Positions 28,391-37,249 of a stretch of 64,000 nt of DNA are shown here, one piece after another. The translations under genes were made by a program, and so were the position numbers. Source of the DNA: Vicinamibacterales bacterium (GTDB taxonomy: Bacteria > Acidobacteriota > Vicinamibacteria > Vicinamibacterales > UBA2999); NCBI GenBank assembly GCA_040081265.1, contig JBEBGV010000001.1, positions 200,559-264,558 on the forward strand, given 5' to 3'. A model generated the notes under the pieces. That model did not search any database. It was not told the origin of the DNA and saw only the letters and a program-made list of their open reading frames with translations. Each line of letters starts with the position of its first letter. The first letter of the stretch is position 1.

Positions 28391-29929
28391 CTACGTGGGC
28401 TGTTCGCCGAAGACGCCTCTGAGCACGTCAGCGATCTCGCCCAGCGTGGCGTCAGCCTCAACGGCTCCGATGATCGGGATCACGAGATTTCTCCCGGACA
28501 GAGCTGCGTCGCGTACGACGGCGATGGCACTCTGCCAGGCGGCCCTGGGCCGCCGGGCGCGCACGTGCGCGACGCGTTCGATCTGGCGACGTTCGACTGC
28601 GGAATCGAGGCGAAACACGCGCAGGCGCGGGCGTCGGTCGTCGTCAACATACCGGTTCACCCCGACAATGACCGACGCGCCTGAGTCGACAGCCTGTTGC
28701 GCACGATAAGCGGACTCCTCGATCTGTCTCTGGATGAACCCGCTTTGGATTGCCGCCAGCGTGCCGCCTGCGGCCTCGATGCCCGCCAGGACCCGGAGCG
28801 CGCCATGCTCGATCTCATCGGTCAGCGTCTCGACGGTGCGGGACCCACCGACGGGATCGACCGTGTTGGCCACGCCGGTCTCATGCAGCAGGATCTGCTG
28901 GGTCCTGAGCGCGATCGTCGCGCTCTCCTCGGTCGGCAGCGCAAGCGCCTCGTCGCGACCGTTGCAGTGCAGCGACTGCGCGCCGCCCAGCACCGCCGAC
29001 AGAGCCTGGATGGCGACGCGGACGATGTTGTTGTCGGGTTGCTGGGCAGTGAGCGTACTGCCGGCGGTCTGCGCGTGGCAGCGAAGCTGTTGCGCGCGAG
29101 AATCGGTCGCCCCGAACTGGTCTCGCATGGTGCGCGCCCAGAGGCGCCGGGCGGCTCGGAACTTGGCGATCTCGGTGAAGAAGCCGTTGCCCGCGCTGAA
29201 GAAGAACGAGATGCGCTGGCCCACCAGGTTCACGTCGAGGCCGGACCTTACGGCGGCGTCGACATACGTCGCCGCATTCGCCAGAGTGAAAGCGACCTCC
29301 TGCTCCGCGGTCGCGCCAGCCTCACGGATGTGATAGCCGCTGATCGAAACAGGATGCCAGCCCGGAATGTCTGTGGCGCAGTAGCTGATGAGATCGGTGA
29401 CCAGCCGCAGCGACGGTTCGGGCGGGAAGATGAACGTGCCGCGCGCGATGTACTCCTTCAGAATGTCGTTCTGGAGCGTTCCAGCCAGCGATGCAGGCGA
29501 GAGACCTCGTCGCCGCGCCAAGGCGACGTACATCGCAAGCAGGATGATCGCCGTCGCGTTGATGGTCATCGAGGTGGAGACGGCGTCGAGCGGGATCCCG
29601 TCGAACAGTTCCTCCATGTCATCGAGTGAGTCGATCGCCACGCCAACGCGCCCCACCTCTCCGGCGGCCAGGGGATGGTCTGAGTCGTAGCCAATCTGCG
29701 TCGGAAGGTCGAAAGCGACGCTCAGGCCGGTAACGCCCTGCGCAAGAAGGTAGCGGTAGCGCTGGTTCGACTCAGCCGCGTCCGCGAACCCCGCATACTG
29801 GCGCATCGTCCAGGGTCGACCGCGGTACATGTCGCGGTGAACGCCCCGCGTGAAAGGGAACTCGCCCGGCTGTGGTGGGCTGTCCGACGAAGGCATGGCC
29901 GATTCTACCTGCCTCCGGCGTCGGGCCAC
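28391..29929 (-). CDS. Methylmalonyl-CoA mutase family, catalytic (large) subunit only
   Basis: [25 protein letters not shown] and the rest of a TIM-barrel mutase domain. No B12-binding domain is present in the ORF. The start is 29929 or 29896. Confidence 0.85.
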   Translation of the reverse strand: MARRRRQVESAMPSSDSPPQPGEFPFTRGVHRDMYRGRPWTMRQYAGFADAAESNQRYRYLLAQGVTGLSVAFDLPTQIGYDSDHPLAAGEVGRVGVAIDSLDDMEELFDGIPLDAVSTSMTINATAIILLAMYVALARRRGLSPASLAGTLQNDILKEYIARGTFIFPPEPSLRLVTDLISYCATDIPGWHPVSISGYHIREAGATAEQEVAFTLANAATYVDAAVRSGLDVNLVGQRISFFFSAGNGFFTEIAKFRAARRLWARTMRDQFGATDSRAQQLRCHAQTAGSTLTAQQPDNNIVRVAIQALSAVLGGAQSLHCNGRDEALALPTEESATIALRTQQILLHETGVANTVDPVGGSRTVETLTDEIEHGALRVLAGIEAAGGTLAAIQSGFIQRQIEESAYRAQQAVDSGASVIVGVNRYVDDDRRPRLRVFRLDSAVERRQIERVAHVRARRPRAAWQSAIAVVRDAALSGRNLVIPIIGAVEADATLGEIADVLRGVFGEQPT

Positions 29930-29935
29930 GGGTGC

Positions 29936-30868
29936 TTAGCGACGCAGGAATGCTTCGGAGACCGAACGCCCGGTGACGTCGCGTGGTAATTGCACGCCGA
30001 GGAGCAACGCAGCCGTTGCTGCGGTGTCCACGGTCGCCACAGTCGAGGTGAGCTGCCGTCCGCTGACGATGGCCGGTCCGGCGATGATCCAGGGGATGGT
30101 GGTATCCGCCGGTTCTTCTGCCCCGTGCTCGATGCCATGGCCGCCATGGTCCGCGGTGAGAATCACTGTCGTGTCGTTCGGCAGCCAGGCGAGCAGGCGT
30201 CCCACGGCCTGGTCCGCACGGCGGACGGCGTCCAGATAGGGAGCTGACATCCACTTCGAGGTGTGTCCGGCCAGGTCCACTCCTGGCAGGTGGACAAAGA
30301 TGAGATCGGGCCGGGCAGCCGTGATCACCATCGTTGCCTGCAGAACCACATCGTCATCGCCGAGGCTGCTGAGCAGCCACGTGTCGCAGGCCCCAGTGTC
30401 ACGGAAGGTCGCGAACTTGTCTTTGCCGACGACCATCGCGGTCCTGAGTCCGTGCGCTCGAGCGGCGCTGAAGAGTGTTGGAACCGGCAAGGTACCCTGC
30501 GTCGGCGCGTACTCGTTCCACCAGATTCCGTGCACTTCAGGTGCGTAGCCGGAAAGCATCGACGCATGCGATGGCAGGGTGGTTGCCGGCAGGACGGTCT
30601 GCGCTCGCCACGTGTACGCCCCCCGGTCAGCCAGCGAGAGAATGTGCGATGCTCCGGCCTGGGCCAGTGCGTCTGGACGCAGCCCATCGATCGAGATGAT
30701 GGCCACACGGCCAGGTGTGGGTCCCGGAGTCGATGTCGCCACCGAGACCGAAACCGCGGGTGTCGCGGCGGGCAGCCCGGAGGGGCTGACCACTGAGTTG
30801 CCACCGCAGGACACCAGGAACATGGCTCCCGCCAACATTGGCAGGGCAAGCGTCGCTCGGCGTGTCAT
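29936..30868 (-). CDS. Lipoprotein nucleotide pyrophosphatase/phosphodiesterase (NPP, alkaline-phosphatase superfamily)
   Basis: ORF trimmed to MTRRATLALPMLAGAMFLVSCGG (lipobox). SIDGLRPD metal site, nucleophile motif PATTLPSHASMLSG, and TADHGGH. Confidence 0.78.
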   Translation of the reverse strand: MTRRATLALPMLAGAMFLVSCGGNSVVSPSGLPAATPAVSVSVATSTPGPTPGRVAIISIDGLRPDALAQAGASHILSLADRGAYTWRAQTVLPATTLPSHASMLSGYAPEVHGIWWNEYAPTQGTLPVPTLFSAARAHGLRTAMVVGKDKFATFRDTGACDTWLLSSLGDDDVVLQATMVITAARPDLIFVHLPGVDLAGHTSKWMSAPYLDAVRRADQAVGRLLAWLPNDTTVILTADHGGHGIEHGAEEPADTTIPWIIAGPAIVSGRQLTSTVATVDTAATAALLLGVQLPRDVTGRSVSEAFLRR

Positions 30869-30907
30869 GGTGCAGGAAGTGGGAAGGTGTCGGCCAGTAT
30901 AGGCGGA

Positions 30908-30951
30908 AGTGTGCACTGTGGACCGTTCGGACCAATGCCAGCCTGCACACT
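30908..30951. promoter_or_regulatory. Inverted repeat AGTGTGCA-N28-TGCACACT enclosing the direct repeat GGACC-N4-GGACC
   Basis: Read directly from the sequence. It lies in the divergent NPP/porin intergenic region. Confidence 0.3.
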
Positions 30952-31019
30952 TTTGCGCATGATTACTGCGGATTTTTCACGCTGACGAAAGGTCGCCTGG
31001 ATGTCGATAAATGTAAGCA

Positions 31020-32294
31020 GTGCGACTGCTCCTGATCGGCATCCTCGTTGCCTTCGGTGTGCCGACGGCCTCCGCCCAGGAGCCAGACCCCGGCGGATCG
31101 CAACGGGGCAGCGCGACGCAGGGTAGCGATGTCTCGTCGCGAACTCCGTGGAACGGTACCGTGCACTTCGGGCCGCTGATCATCGACCCTGAGGTTCGGC
31201 TTGACAGCGACTGGCGCCGCTCCAAACCGGCATCGTCGCAGGATGCCGACAATGACCTTCTTCTGTCTGGCAAGCGGGTCGGCTTCGATGCGCGCCTGGG
31301 AAAGCGGTTTGGATTCGAGATCAGCGCTGACCTGACCTCGTCGACACCCTGGCGCAATGTGCGGGCTGACTACCGCCTTCCCGCTGGCGTCACGGTGACG
31401 GCCGGACAGTTCAAAGTGCCTTTCAGCCTCGATGGTGCGCGCAGCGCGCTGGAGCGTGACTTTGTTTTCCGCTCGAGGCTCGCCGATGCATTTTCGATGG
31501 GTCGAGACCGCGGGGTCACGCTCGACACGCGCTTCTGGCGAAAGCGCCTCACCGTTGACGGCGGTCTGTTCGCAAGAGATGGAGACCGGACCGCCAGTGA
31601 CTCTGGCGTGACTGGCGGAGCCGGTCTGACTGGCGTCGGCCGGGTCACCATCACACCACTGTCGAGACGTCGCGGAATCCTCAAGGACTTGCGGATTGGT
31701 GTCAGTGGCGCCAGTAGCCGCCTCGAGGCGCGTCGGTCCGAACTGACGCCACGTACCGTTGCTGGCCAGGAACTCACCCCGGCGCTGTACTGGGCCGAGG
31801 GCCGGCGGACTCGCGCCGGCCTCGACGTGCGCTGGCGTCCAGGTCCGGTGTCGCTGGCCGCTGAGTATCTCAGGGTTGCTGACGAGCGACATGGCCAGGG
31901 GAACGGCAATGAAGATCTGGCACCACTCACGGGATCCGGATGGTTTGTCGAAGGAACCTGGCTGCTGACCGGCGAGGACAAGGCCAAGAACCAGCGCCCC
32001 CGACGACCGCTGCTGGCGGGAGGCGTGGGCGCACTGGAACTGGTCGGGCGCGTAGAACGCGCTTCAATCGGCGAGCGCGGGATGGTCGCGGCCTTCGCGG
32101 GCAGTCCTCGCGCTCCGCACGCGGCCTTGAGCGGCGTGCGGGTGTTCACCGCAGGCATCAACTGGTACCCGGCCGCCGGCGCCCGGGTGCAGTTCAACGT
32201 GGTCGGCGAAACTATTGACGGCGCGACCGCCTCGTCTCTCCGCGGAATATCAACCGTGCTCACGAGCGCGGTGCGGTTTCAGCTGTTTCTATGA
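31020..32294 (+). CDS. Phosphate-selective porin O/P family outer-membrane protein
   Basis: GTG start and signal peptide ...GVPTASAQ. TAGQFKVPFSLDG motif, alternating beta pattern, and an aromatic C-terminal end (RFQLFL). Confidence 0.7.
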   Translation: MRLLLIGILVAFGVPTASAQEPDPGGSQRGSATQGSDVSSRTPWNGTVHFGPLIIDPEVRLDSDWRRSKPASSQDADNDLLLSGKRVGFDARLGKRFGFEISADLTSSTPWRNVRADYRLPAGVTVTAGQFKVPFSLDGARSALERDFVFRSRLADAFSMGRDRGVTLDTRFWRKRLTVDGGLFARDGDRTASDSGVTGGAGLTGVGRVTITPLSRRRGILKDLRIGVSGASSRLEARRSELTPRTVAGQELTPALYWAEGRRTRAGLDVRWRPGPVSLAAEYLRVADERHGQGNGNEDLAPLTGSGWFVEGTWLLTGEDKAKNQRPRRPLLAGGVGALELVGRVERASIGERGMVAAFAGSPRAPHAALSGVRVFTAGINWYPAAGARVQFNVVGETIDGATASSLRGISTVLTSAVRFQLFL

Positions 32295-33499
32295 GCATCC
32301 TGCCGAAGGTTCGGGCACTGGTCGTCGGCGTCCTCCTCGTCCCGGCACTGGCTTCTGCTCAGACCTCGGATGAACTCTTTGCGCCAGACGTCCTCCACGA
32401 CGTCTTCCTGCGGATCAATACCCGCGACCTCGAGGAGCTGCGCGCCAGCTACGACCTCAACACCTACTACCCAGCCGACATTCAGATTGGTACCGAGGTC
32501 GCCCGCAACGTCGCCATCCGTTCACGCGGACGCGCGAGCAGGAACCCGTCGAAGCTGGGGCTGCGGGTTGATATTGACCACTTCGTGGCCGACCAGACCT
32601 TCTTCCACCTGAACTCGCTGGTGCTCGACAACTTCGTGCAGGACCCCTCGATGCTGCGCGAGCACGCGGCCATGGCGCTGTTCACGCGGATGGGCCAGGC
32701 GGCGCCGCGCACCGCCTTCGGCCGCCTCTTCATCAACGACGAGTACCAGGGCGTTTACGGTCTGGTCGAGGAGCCCAACGAAGCTTTCGTTTCCAGGCAT
32801 TTCGGTGCCGACAAGGGGTATCTCTTTGAGTACCACCGGATCGGGCCTTACTACTTCGACGATCTCGGGGAAGACCTGGCGACCTATCAGGCGCTTTTCG
32901 AACCGCGCACTCAGGAGCGCGCCGCACCGAATCTGCTTTACGCTCCGTTAAGGGAACTGGTCAGGGGCGAGGATGGTGAGAGCCTCAACGACTGGCGGGC
33001 GCGAGTGTCAGCGTATCTGGACCTCAACGAGCTCGTCACGATCGTCGCCATCGAGGAGTTTTTGTCCGAGTACGACGGCCTCACCGGCTATGCCGGTGCG
33101 AACAACGTCTACATCCACCGTCCCAAAGGTTCAGAACGGCACGTGTTCATCCCCTGGGATAGAGACCAGTCGTTTTTTGACGTCTACTCGCCGATCTACC
33201 TCCGGGCGAACGAGAACCGGCTGGTTCGCCAGGCACTGGCCTTTCCGGACCTCAACGCGTTCTACCTTGCGCAGGTCGCTGAAGTCGCTCGCATCAGCGG
33301 CGATGGCGACTGGCTGCAGCGTGTCATCCAGCGGGCCGACGCCCTGATCGCGCCGTCGGCGAAGGCAGACCCGCGGAAACCGTTCACCGTTGACGAGCGT
33401 GAAGGCGCTGTTCGGGGTCTCGTCGACTTTGCCCAGCGCAGATCAGAGCTCGTGCTCGAGCAGATACGCCAGCTTCCTCCTCCCGCAGTCCAGCCCTGA
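32291..33499 (+). CDS. Secreted CotH kinase family protein
   Basis: The ATG overlaps the porin TGA (ATGA). Signal peptide VVGVLLVPALASAQ. CotH-like blocks LFINDEYQGVYGLVEEPNEAFVSRHFG and NNVYIHRP...FIPWDRDQSF. Confidence 0.75.
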   Translation: MSILPKVRALVVGVLLVPALASAQTSDELFAPDVLHDVFLRINTRDLEELRASYDLNTYYPADIQIGTEVARNVAIRSRGRASRNPSKLGLRVDIDHFVADQTFFHLNSLVLDNFVQDPSMLREHAAMALFTRMGQAAPRTAFGRLFINDEYQGVYGLVEEPNEAFVSRHFGADKGYLFEYHRIGPYYFDDLGEDLATYQALFEPRTQERAAPNLLYAPLRELVRGEDGESLNDWRARVSAYLDLNELVTIVAIEEFLSEYDGLTGYAGANNVYIHRPKGSERHVFIPWDRDQSFFDVYSPIYLRANENRLVRQALAFPDLNAFYLAQVAEVARISGDGDWLQRVIQRADALIAPSAKADPRKPFTVDEREGAVRGLVDFAQRRSELVLEQIRQLPPPAVQP

Positions 33500-33523
33500 C
33501 GCCTGCAGTACAATCGGCGACCG

Positions 33524-35419
33524 GTGACTCGGCAGCCGTTCGTGATTCTTCTCGACGTGCTCGCCGCCGCCCTCGTGGGGCTCGTGGTCATCGTCATCGA
33601 CACCGGCGGGTTCGTTGTTCGCGGCGCCGACTTTCGTCTGTCTGTCCAGACGCCGACGCGCGCGCTCGTTGCGCTCGGAATCGTGATTCTGGCGCGGGCC
33701 GTCTTCTTTCGCAGCAGTGGACTGCTGGGAATGTCGCTGTCACGGTGGCGACAGGCGCTGCTTGCGCCGACTCGGACTGACCACTCCCAGACCAGCGCAG
33801 CACCTGGTCGATGGCGACGCGCTCTGATTGCGGCGCTGGGCCTCGCTCTCGGAACAGCCGCGCTCCTGCACGAGCAGGTGCTCCACCCATATTCGGTGCC
33901 CGACCATGGTGATCCCCTGTTCTCAGTGTGGCGGATGGGGTGGGTAACTCATGCGCTCGCGACCGACTCGGCTCAACTGTTCAACGCGAATATCTTTCAC
34001 CCTCTTCAGCTGACGCTCACCCTGTCAGACCCGATTGTGCTGCCTGCGCTCGCGGGCGTGCCGCTGCGGCTACTCGGCTTCCACCCGGTTGTTGTCTACA
34101 ACCTGCTGGTGTTCTCCGCATTCTGGTTGTCCGGAGTAGCGACCTACCTGCTCGTCGAGCGGCTGACGGGCTCAGCGCGCGCCGCCTTTGTCTCTGGCCT
34201 GATCTACTCGACCTGCGCGTTTCGACTGGACCACTACAGCCACCTTGAACTGCAGATGACGCAGTGGATGCCGTTCGCCCTCCTGGCGCTGCACATGTTG
34301 ATCTCGACCGGCCGCTGGCCGTATGCCTTCGGACTGGCCCTCGCAGGCGTCGCGCAACTCTACTCGGGCATGTACTACGCTGTGTTCTTCCTCGTCTATG
34401 CGACCGTGATCGGCATTGGCATGGTCCTGGTACAGCGACCTTCAGTGAGGGTGCTCGCGCTGCCCGTGGTGTGTGCGACGGTGCTGGCTGGCGGCCTGGC
34501 GGTGCCGATGGTGCGCACGTTCACCGCGGCCGAACCCATCAAAGGCGAGCGATCCGTTGACGAGATCAGAAAGTACAGCGCAACCCCGATCGACTACGGC
34601 CGCCCCAACCGGATGAGCGCGGCGTGGAAGGATCGTCTGCTGCCATGGATCCCCGAGCGCTCGCTGTTTCCGGGCGCCGCGCCGCTCGTCTTCGGCGCGC
34701 TTGGCCTGGTGCCCCCCCTTGGCGCGATCCAGCTTGTTTACGCGGCCGGCCTCTTTACGTCGGTTGACGGCTCCTTCGGGTTGAACGGGCTGGTCTATCC
34801 GTATCTTCATCGATGGTTGTCGCCCTTCCGCGGCTTGCGATCTCCTGCGCGCTTCGGAGCGATTGTGAGCTTGACGCTCGCGATACTCTCTGGTTTCGGT
34901 GTTCGACGACTCCTGGACCGATGTCGATCGCACTCACCTGCCAATGTTGTCTTCAGCATCGTGATCGCCGCGGTGATGCTCGATGCCTGGCCCTCGCTTG
35001 GGCTGATCCCGGTCTGGCCTGAGCCACCCCGGATCTACACCTCGCTCGAGGGCAGATCAGATGTCGTGCTGGCGGAGTTTCCCGTTGTGCCAGGTGACGC
35101 TGCGTACAACGCGCCTTACATGTACTTCTCACTGTCGCATTGGGCGAAGACCGTCAATGGCTACAGCGGATTCATTCCGCAGTCGTACCTCGACGTGGCA
35201 CCGACTCTCTGGGCATTTCCGTCCGATGAGTCGTTGGCGGTGTTGCGGCGCCGGGGCGTCACCCACGTCACGATGAACTGTGGCCTGCGATACGTGCAGA
35301 TTGCCGAGTGCGAAGCAAGGCTCGCCCGGATGCACGCGATGGCGGGGCTGGAACTGGTCACCGAGGCCCAGTGGGAGAAGGAGCGCGTGGCGCTGTTCGC
35401 GCTCACCCCGCTGCCGTGA
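33524..35419 (+). CDS. Large polytopic membrane protein, GT-C-like glycosyltransferase suspected
   Basis: 631 aa with a GTG start. It has at least 10 hydrophobic helices, an early loop VPDHGDPLFSVWRMGW, and a soluble C-terminal domain. The family assignment is tentative. Confidence 0.4.
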   Translation: MTRQPFVILLDVLAAALVGLVVIVIDTGGFVVRGADFRLSVQTPTRALVALGIVILARAVFFRSSGLLGMSLSRWRQALLAPTRTDHSQTSAAPGRWRRALIAALGLALGTAALLHEQVLHPYSVPDHGDPLFSVWRMGWVTHALATDSAQLFNANIFHPLQLTLTLSDPIVLPALAGVPLRLLGFHPVVVYNLLVFSAFWLSGVATYLLVERLTGSARAAFVSGLIYSTCAFRLDHYSHLELQMTQWMPFALLALHMLISTGRWPYAFGLALAGVAQLYSGMYYAVFFLVYATVIGIGMVLVQRPSVRVLALPVVCATVLAGGLAVPMVRTFTAAEPIKGERSVDEIRKYSATPIDYGRPNRMSAAWKDRLLPWIPERSLFPGAAPLVFGALGLVPPLGAIQLVYAAGLFTSVDGSFGLNGLVYPYLHRWLSPFRGLRSPARFGAIVSLTLAILSGFGVRRLLDRCRSHSPANVVFSIVIAAVMLDAWPSLGLIPVWPEPPRIYTSLEGRSDVVLAEFPVVPGDAAYNAPYMYFSLSHWAKTVNGYSGFIPQSYLDVAPTLWAFPSDESLAVLRRRGVTHVTMNCGLRYVQIAECEARLARMHAMAGLELVTEAQWEKERVALFALTPLP

Positions 35420-35436
35420 GCAGCGGGGACGCGGGG

Positions 35437-36291
35437 CTACTTGATGACAGGCTGACGAAACGCCGTGACCACGTAGACCAGCACCGGGGTTGGATCGCCG
35501 TGGACCCTCGCGGGTCGGAATGCGAGTCGCCGCACGGCGTCGAGCGAGGGTCCGTCGAGGCCGGGTGACGATCGCACGACCTGAGCGTCGACGATCGTTC
35601 CGGTGGTGCCTACTCGCAGTTCCGTGAGTACGACGCCATCAAAGAGCGACTGCGGCGGATAGAGAGGCATCATCAACGGCACGGCCGGGCCGGGGACCCC
35701 CTGCGAGGGAGAGCCGACGTCTTTCGGCATCTCGCCGAGGGTTATGGGAAAGAGGGCCGGTGGCCTGAAGAGTCCGACGACAAGGACTCCAGATTCTACA
35801 GCCCGTTGCGTCATGCGGTCGATTGGCTGACCAGGTGGGACTGCGTCTGCGTCCTCAGCAGGCTTGAACTGCCAGCCACGCACCGTGGCGATCATCTCCC
35901 GCGTAAAGGGCGGGGTATCGCGCAACGTGATGATGTCTGCCACACGTCCGCCGTTGTCGACGATGAGTTCGAGGACAACTTCGCCGCCGCTCACGGCTTC
36001 CACGGGAATTCGCGGCAGCGCGCCCCCCTGAAAGGTCGCCGGGGTCACTGCGACGCGACGCGCGGCGAGATCTCCATCGTCAACCGACGCTGCTGTGGAA
36101 GGCGTTGAAGTGCCGAACGAGGACAGACCTTGCTCGGATGTAAGGTCGTCGTTGGTGAGCACGCGTGCCGGCGACGCAAGGGCCCTCCTGCGGGCGGCCT
36201 CATCCTGGGCGAGCTGTCCAAGCGACTGGGCGAGAGACGCCGTTGCGTTCAACAGCAACAGCAGGCCGACGATCGCGATGCTCGATTTCAT
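35437..36291 (-). CDS. Secreted protein with two TonB-C-like domains
   Basis: Start chosen at MKSSIAIVG, with GAGGTGA 5 nt upstream. Two repeats resemble the TonB C-terminal fold (GEVVLELIVDNGGRV...; GVVLTELRVGTTGTIVDAQVV...). Confidence 0.5.
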   Translation of the reverse strand: MKSSIAIVGLLLLLNATASLAQSLGQLAQDEAARRRALASPARVLTNDDLTSEQGLSSFGTSTPSTAASVDDGDLAARRVAVTPATFQGGALPRIPVEAVSGGEVVLELIVDNGGRVADIITLRDTPPFTREMIATVRGWQFKPAEDADAVPPGQPIDRMTQRAVESGVLVVGLFRPPALFPITLGEMPKDVGSPSQGVPGPAVPLMMPLYPPQSLFDGVVLTELRVGTTGTIVDAQVVRSSPGLDGPSLDAVRRLAFRPARVHGDPTPVLVYVVTAFRQPVIK

Positions 36292-36375
36292 GCGGCTCAC
36301 CTCAGAGACCGATGATTGCACCGGCCACCTGCGGTCGCAAGCTCGTCAGACGTCAAAAACGTGGTCGGCCGGCAC

Positions 36376-37041
36376 TTACGGTACCGTCAGTATCTTCCTT
36401 CCCTGCAGCACCGCCTCGGTCAGGACGAGCGGCACGGCCCAGCAGAACCAGCTCGCGGCAGCGATCTGCTCTTGTGCGGTGCCCACCTGCATCGCCGCCA
36501 GCAGGATGGTCAACGCGCGAAAACTGACAAAGCCTGTCGTCACCACGTAGCTGCGAATCATCCACTCTTTGTGCTGCTCGAAGAGTTGGCGTTTGATGGC
36601 GACAAACGCGAGGCTCGTGGTGATGACCCACGCGGTGGCGAGCCCGGCGAGCCCGAAGCCGAAGACCCACCCGCCATCGGTGTTGAACGCGAGGTAGTAA
36701 CCTGCGACTGCGCTGATCGCGACTGCGGCCATGTACGCGACACCGACCCGGCGATGCACCGCCATCCGTCGATCGCTCAGTCCCAACCACAACTGCACCG
36801 GGCCCGTGAGCAATGCGACGATGCCGGTACTGATGTGGGCGAGCAGCCACCATCGTCTTGGCCGGTAGTCACCGAAGCGCGCCTCCGACAGGGTGAAATA
36901 GGGAAGCGCGGCAACGCTGATGAAGAGGATGCCCACGATGCCCACGAGCCAGAGAACCACCATAGTTCCGCGCAGCGCAGGGCGAGCGGCGGTAAGGGTC
37001 ACACTCATATGCGGACGGATTCTTCCACAGTTGGCGACCAT
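36376..37041 (-). CDS. DUF2306-like membrane protein
   Basis: About six TM helices. WWLLAHISTGIVALLTGPVQ and HRRVGVAYM motifs. The start is uncertain (37041, 37008 or 36963). Confidence 0.5.
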   Translation of the reverse strand: MVANCGRIRPHMSVTLTAARPALRGTMVVLWLVGIVGILFISVAALPYFTLSEARFGDYRPRRWWLLAHISTGIVALLTGPVQLWLGLSDRRMAVHRRVGVAYMAAVAISAVAGYYLAFNTDGGWVFGFGLAGLATAWVITTSLAFVAIKRQLFEQHKEWMIRSYVVTTGFVSFRALTILLAAMQVGTAQEQIAAASWFCWAVPLVLTEAVLQGRKILTVP

Positions 37042-37087
37042 TCAAATTGGGGCATCTGACAGTGTTCTCTTTTGTCGATGACAGCGA

Positions 37088-37116
37088 TTGACACTCCAGA
37101 TCCCGCTTCCTACAAT
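37088..37116 (+). promoter_or_regulatory. Consensus sigma-70 promoter TTGACA-17 nt-TACAAT
   Basis: TTGACA at 37088-37093, a spacer of exactly 17 nt, and TACAAT at 37111-37116. TGACAG/TGACAC repeats lie immediately upstream. Confidence 0.6.
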
Positions 37117-37122
37117 GTCCCT

Positions 37123-37249
37123 GCCTCGATGAGGCTAAACCCTTTCAGATGCACAGATTAGGCGCTCGATGGGAAGTGGATCTCCCCGGTCCGCGAACAT
37201 CGGGAGCCGCCGCGGATCCCAGCCGTCGGCGGGTGTGAGAGGAGCAGAC
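37123..37249 (+). promoter_or_regulatory. Structured 5' leader (unknown class) of the 37250 ORF
   Basis: Verified stems: CTCCC (37182-86) with GGGAG (37202-06), and CCGCCG (37207-12) with CGGCGG (37227-32). An alternative pairing is GGATC (37178-82) with GATCC (37215-19). The Shine-Dalgarno GAGAGGAG follows. Confidence 0.35.

Noticed and set aside
27312-29629. 323-aa and 310-aa + strand ORFs (27312..28283 and 28697..29629)
   Set aside because: They are antisense to the OppD/OppF-like and mutase genes. Their composition is Arg/Asp/Gly-rich low complexity with no motifs.
37123-37249. Assignment of the 37.1-kb leader to a known riboswitch or housekeeping RNA (SRP, 6S, tmRNA, RNase P)
   Set aside because: I found no match to any consensus core sequence I can recall. 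It is kept only as an unclassified structured leader.
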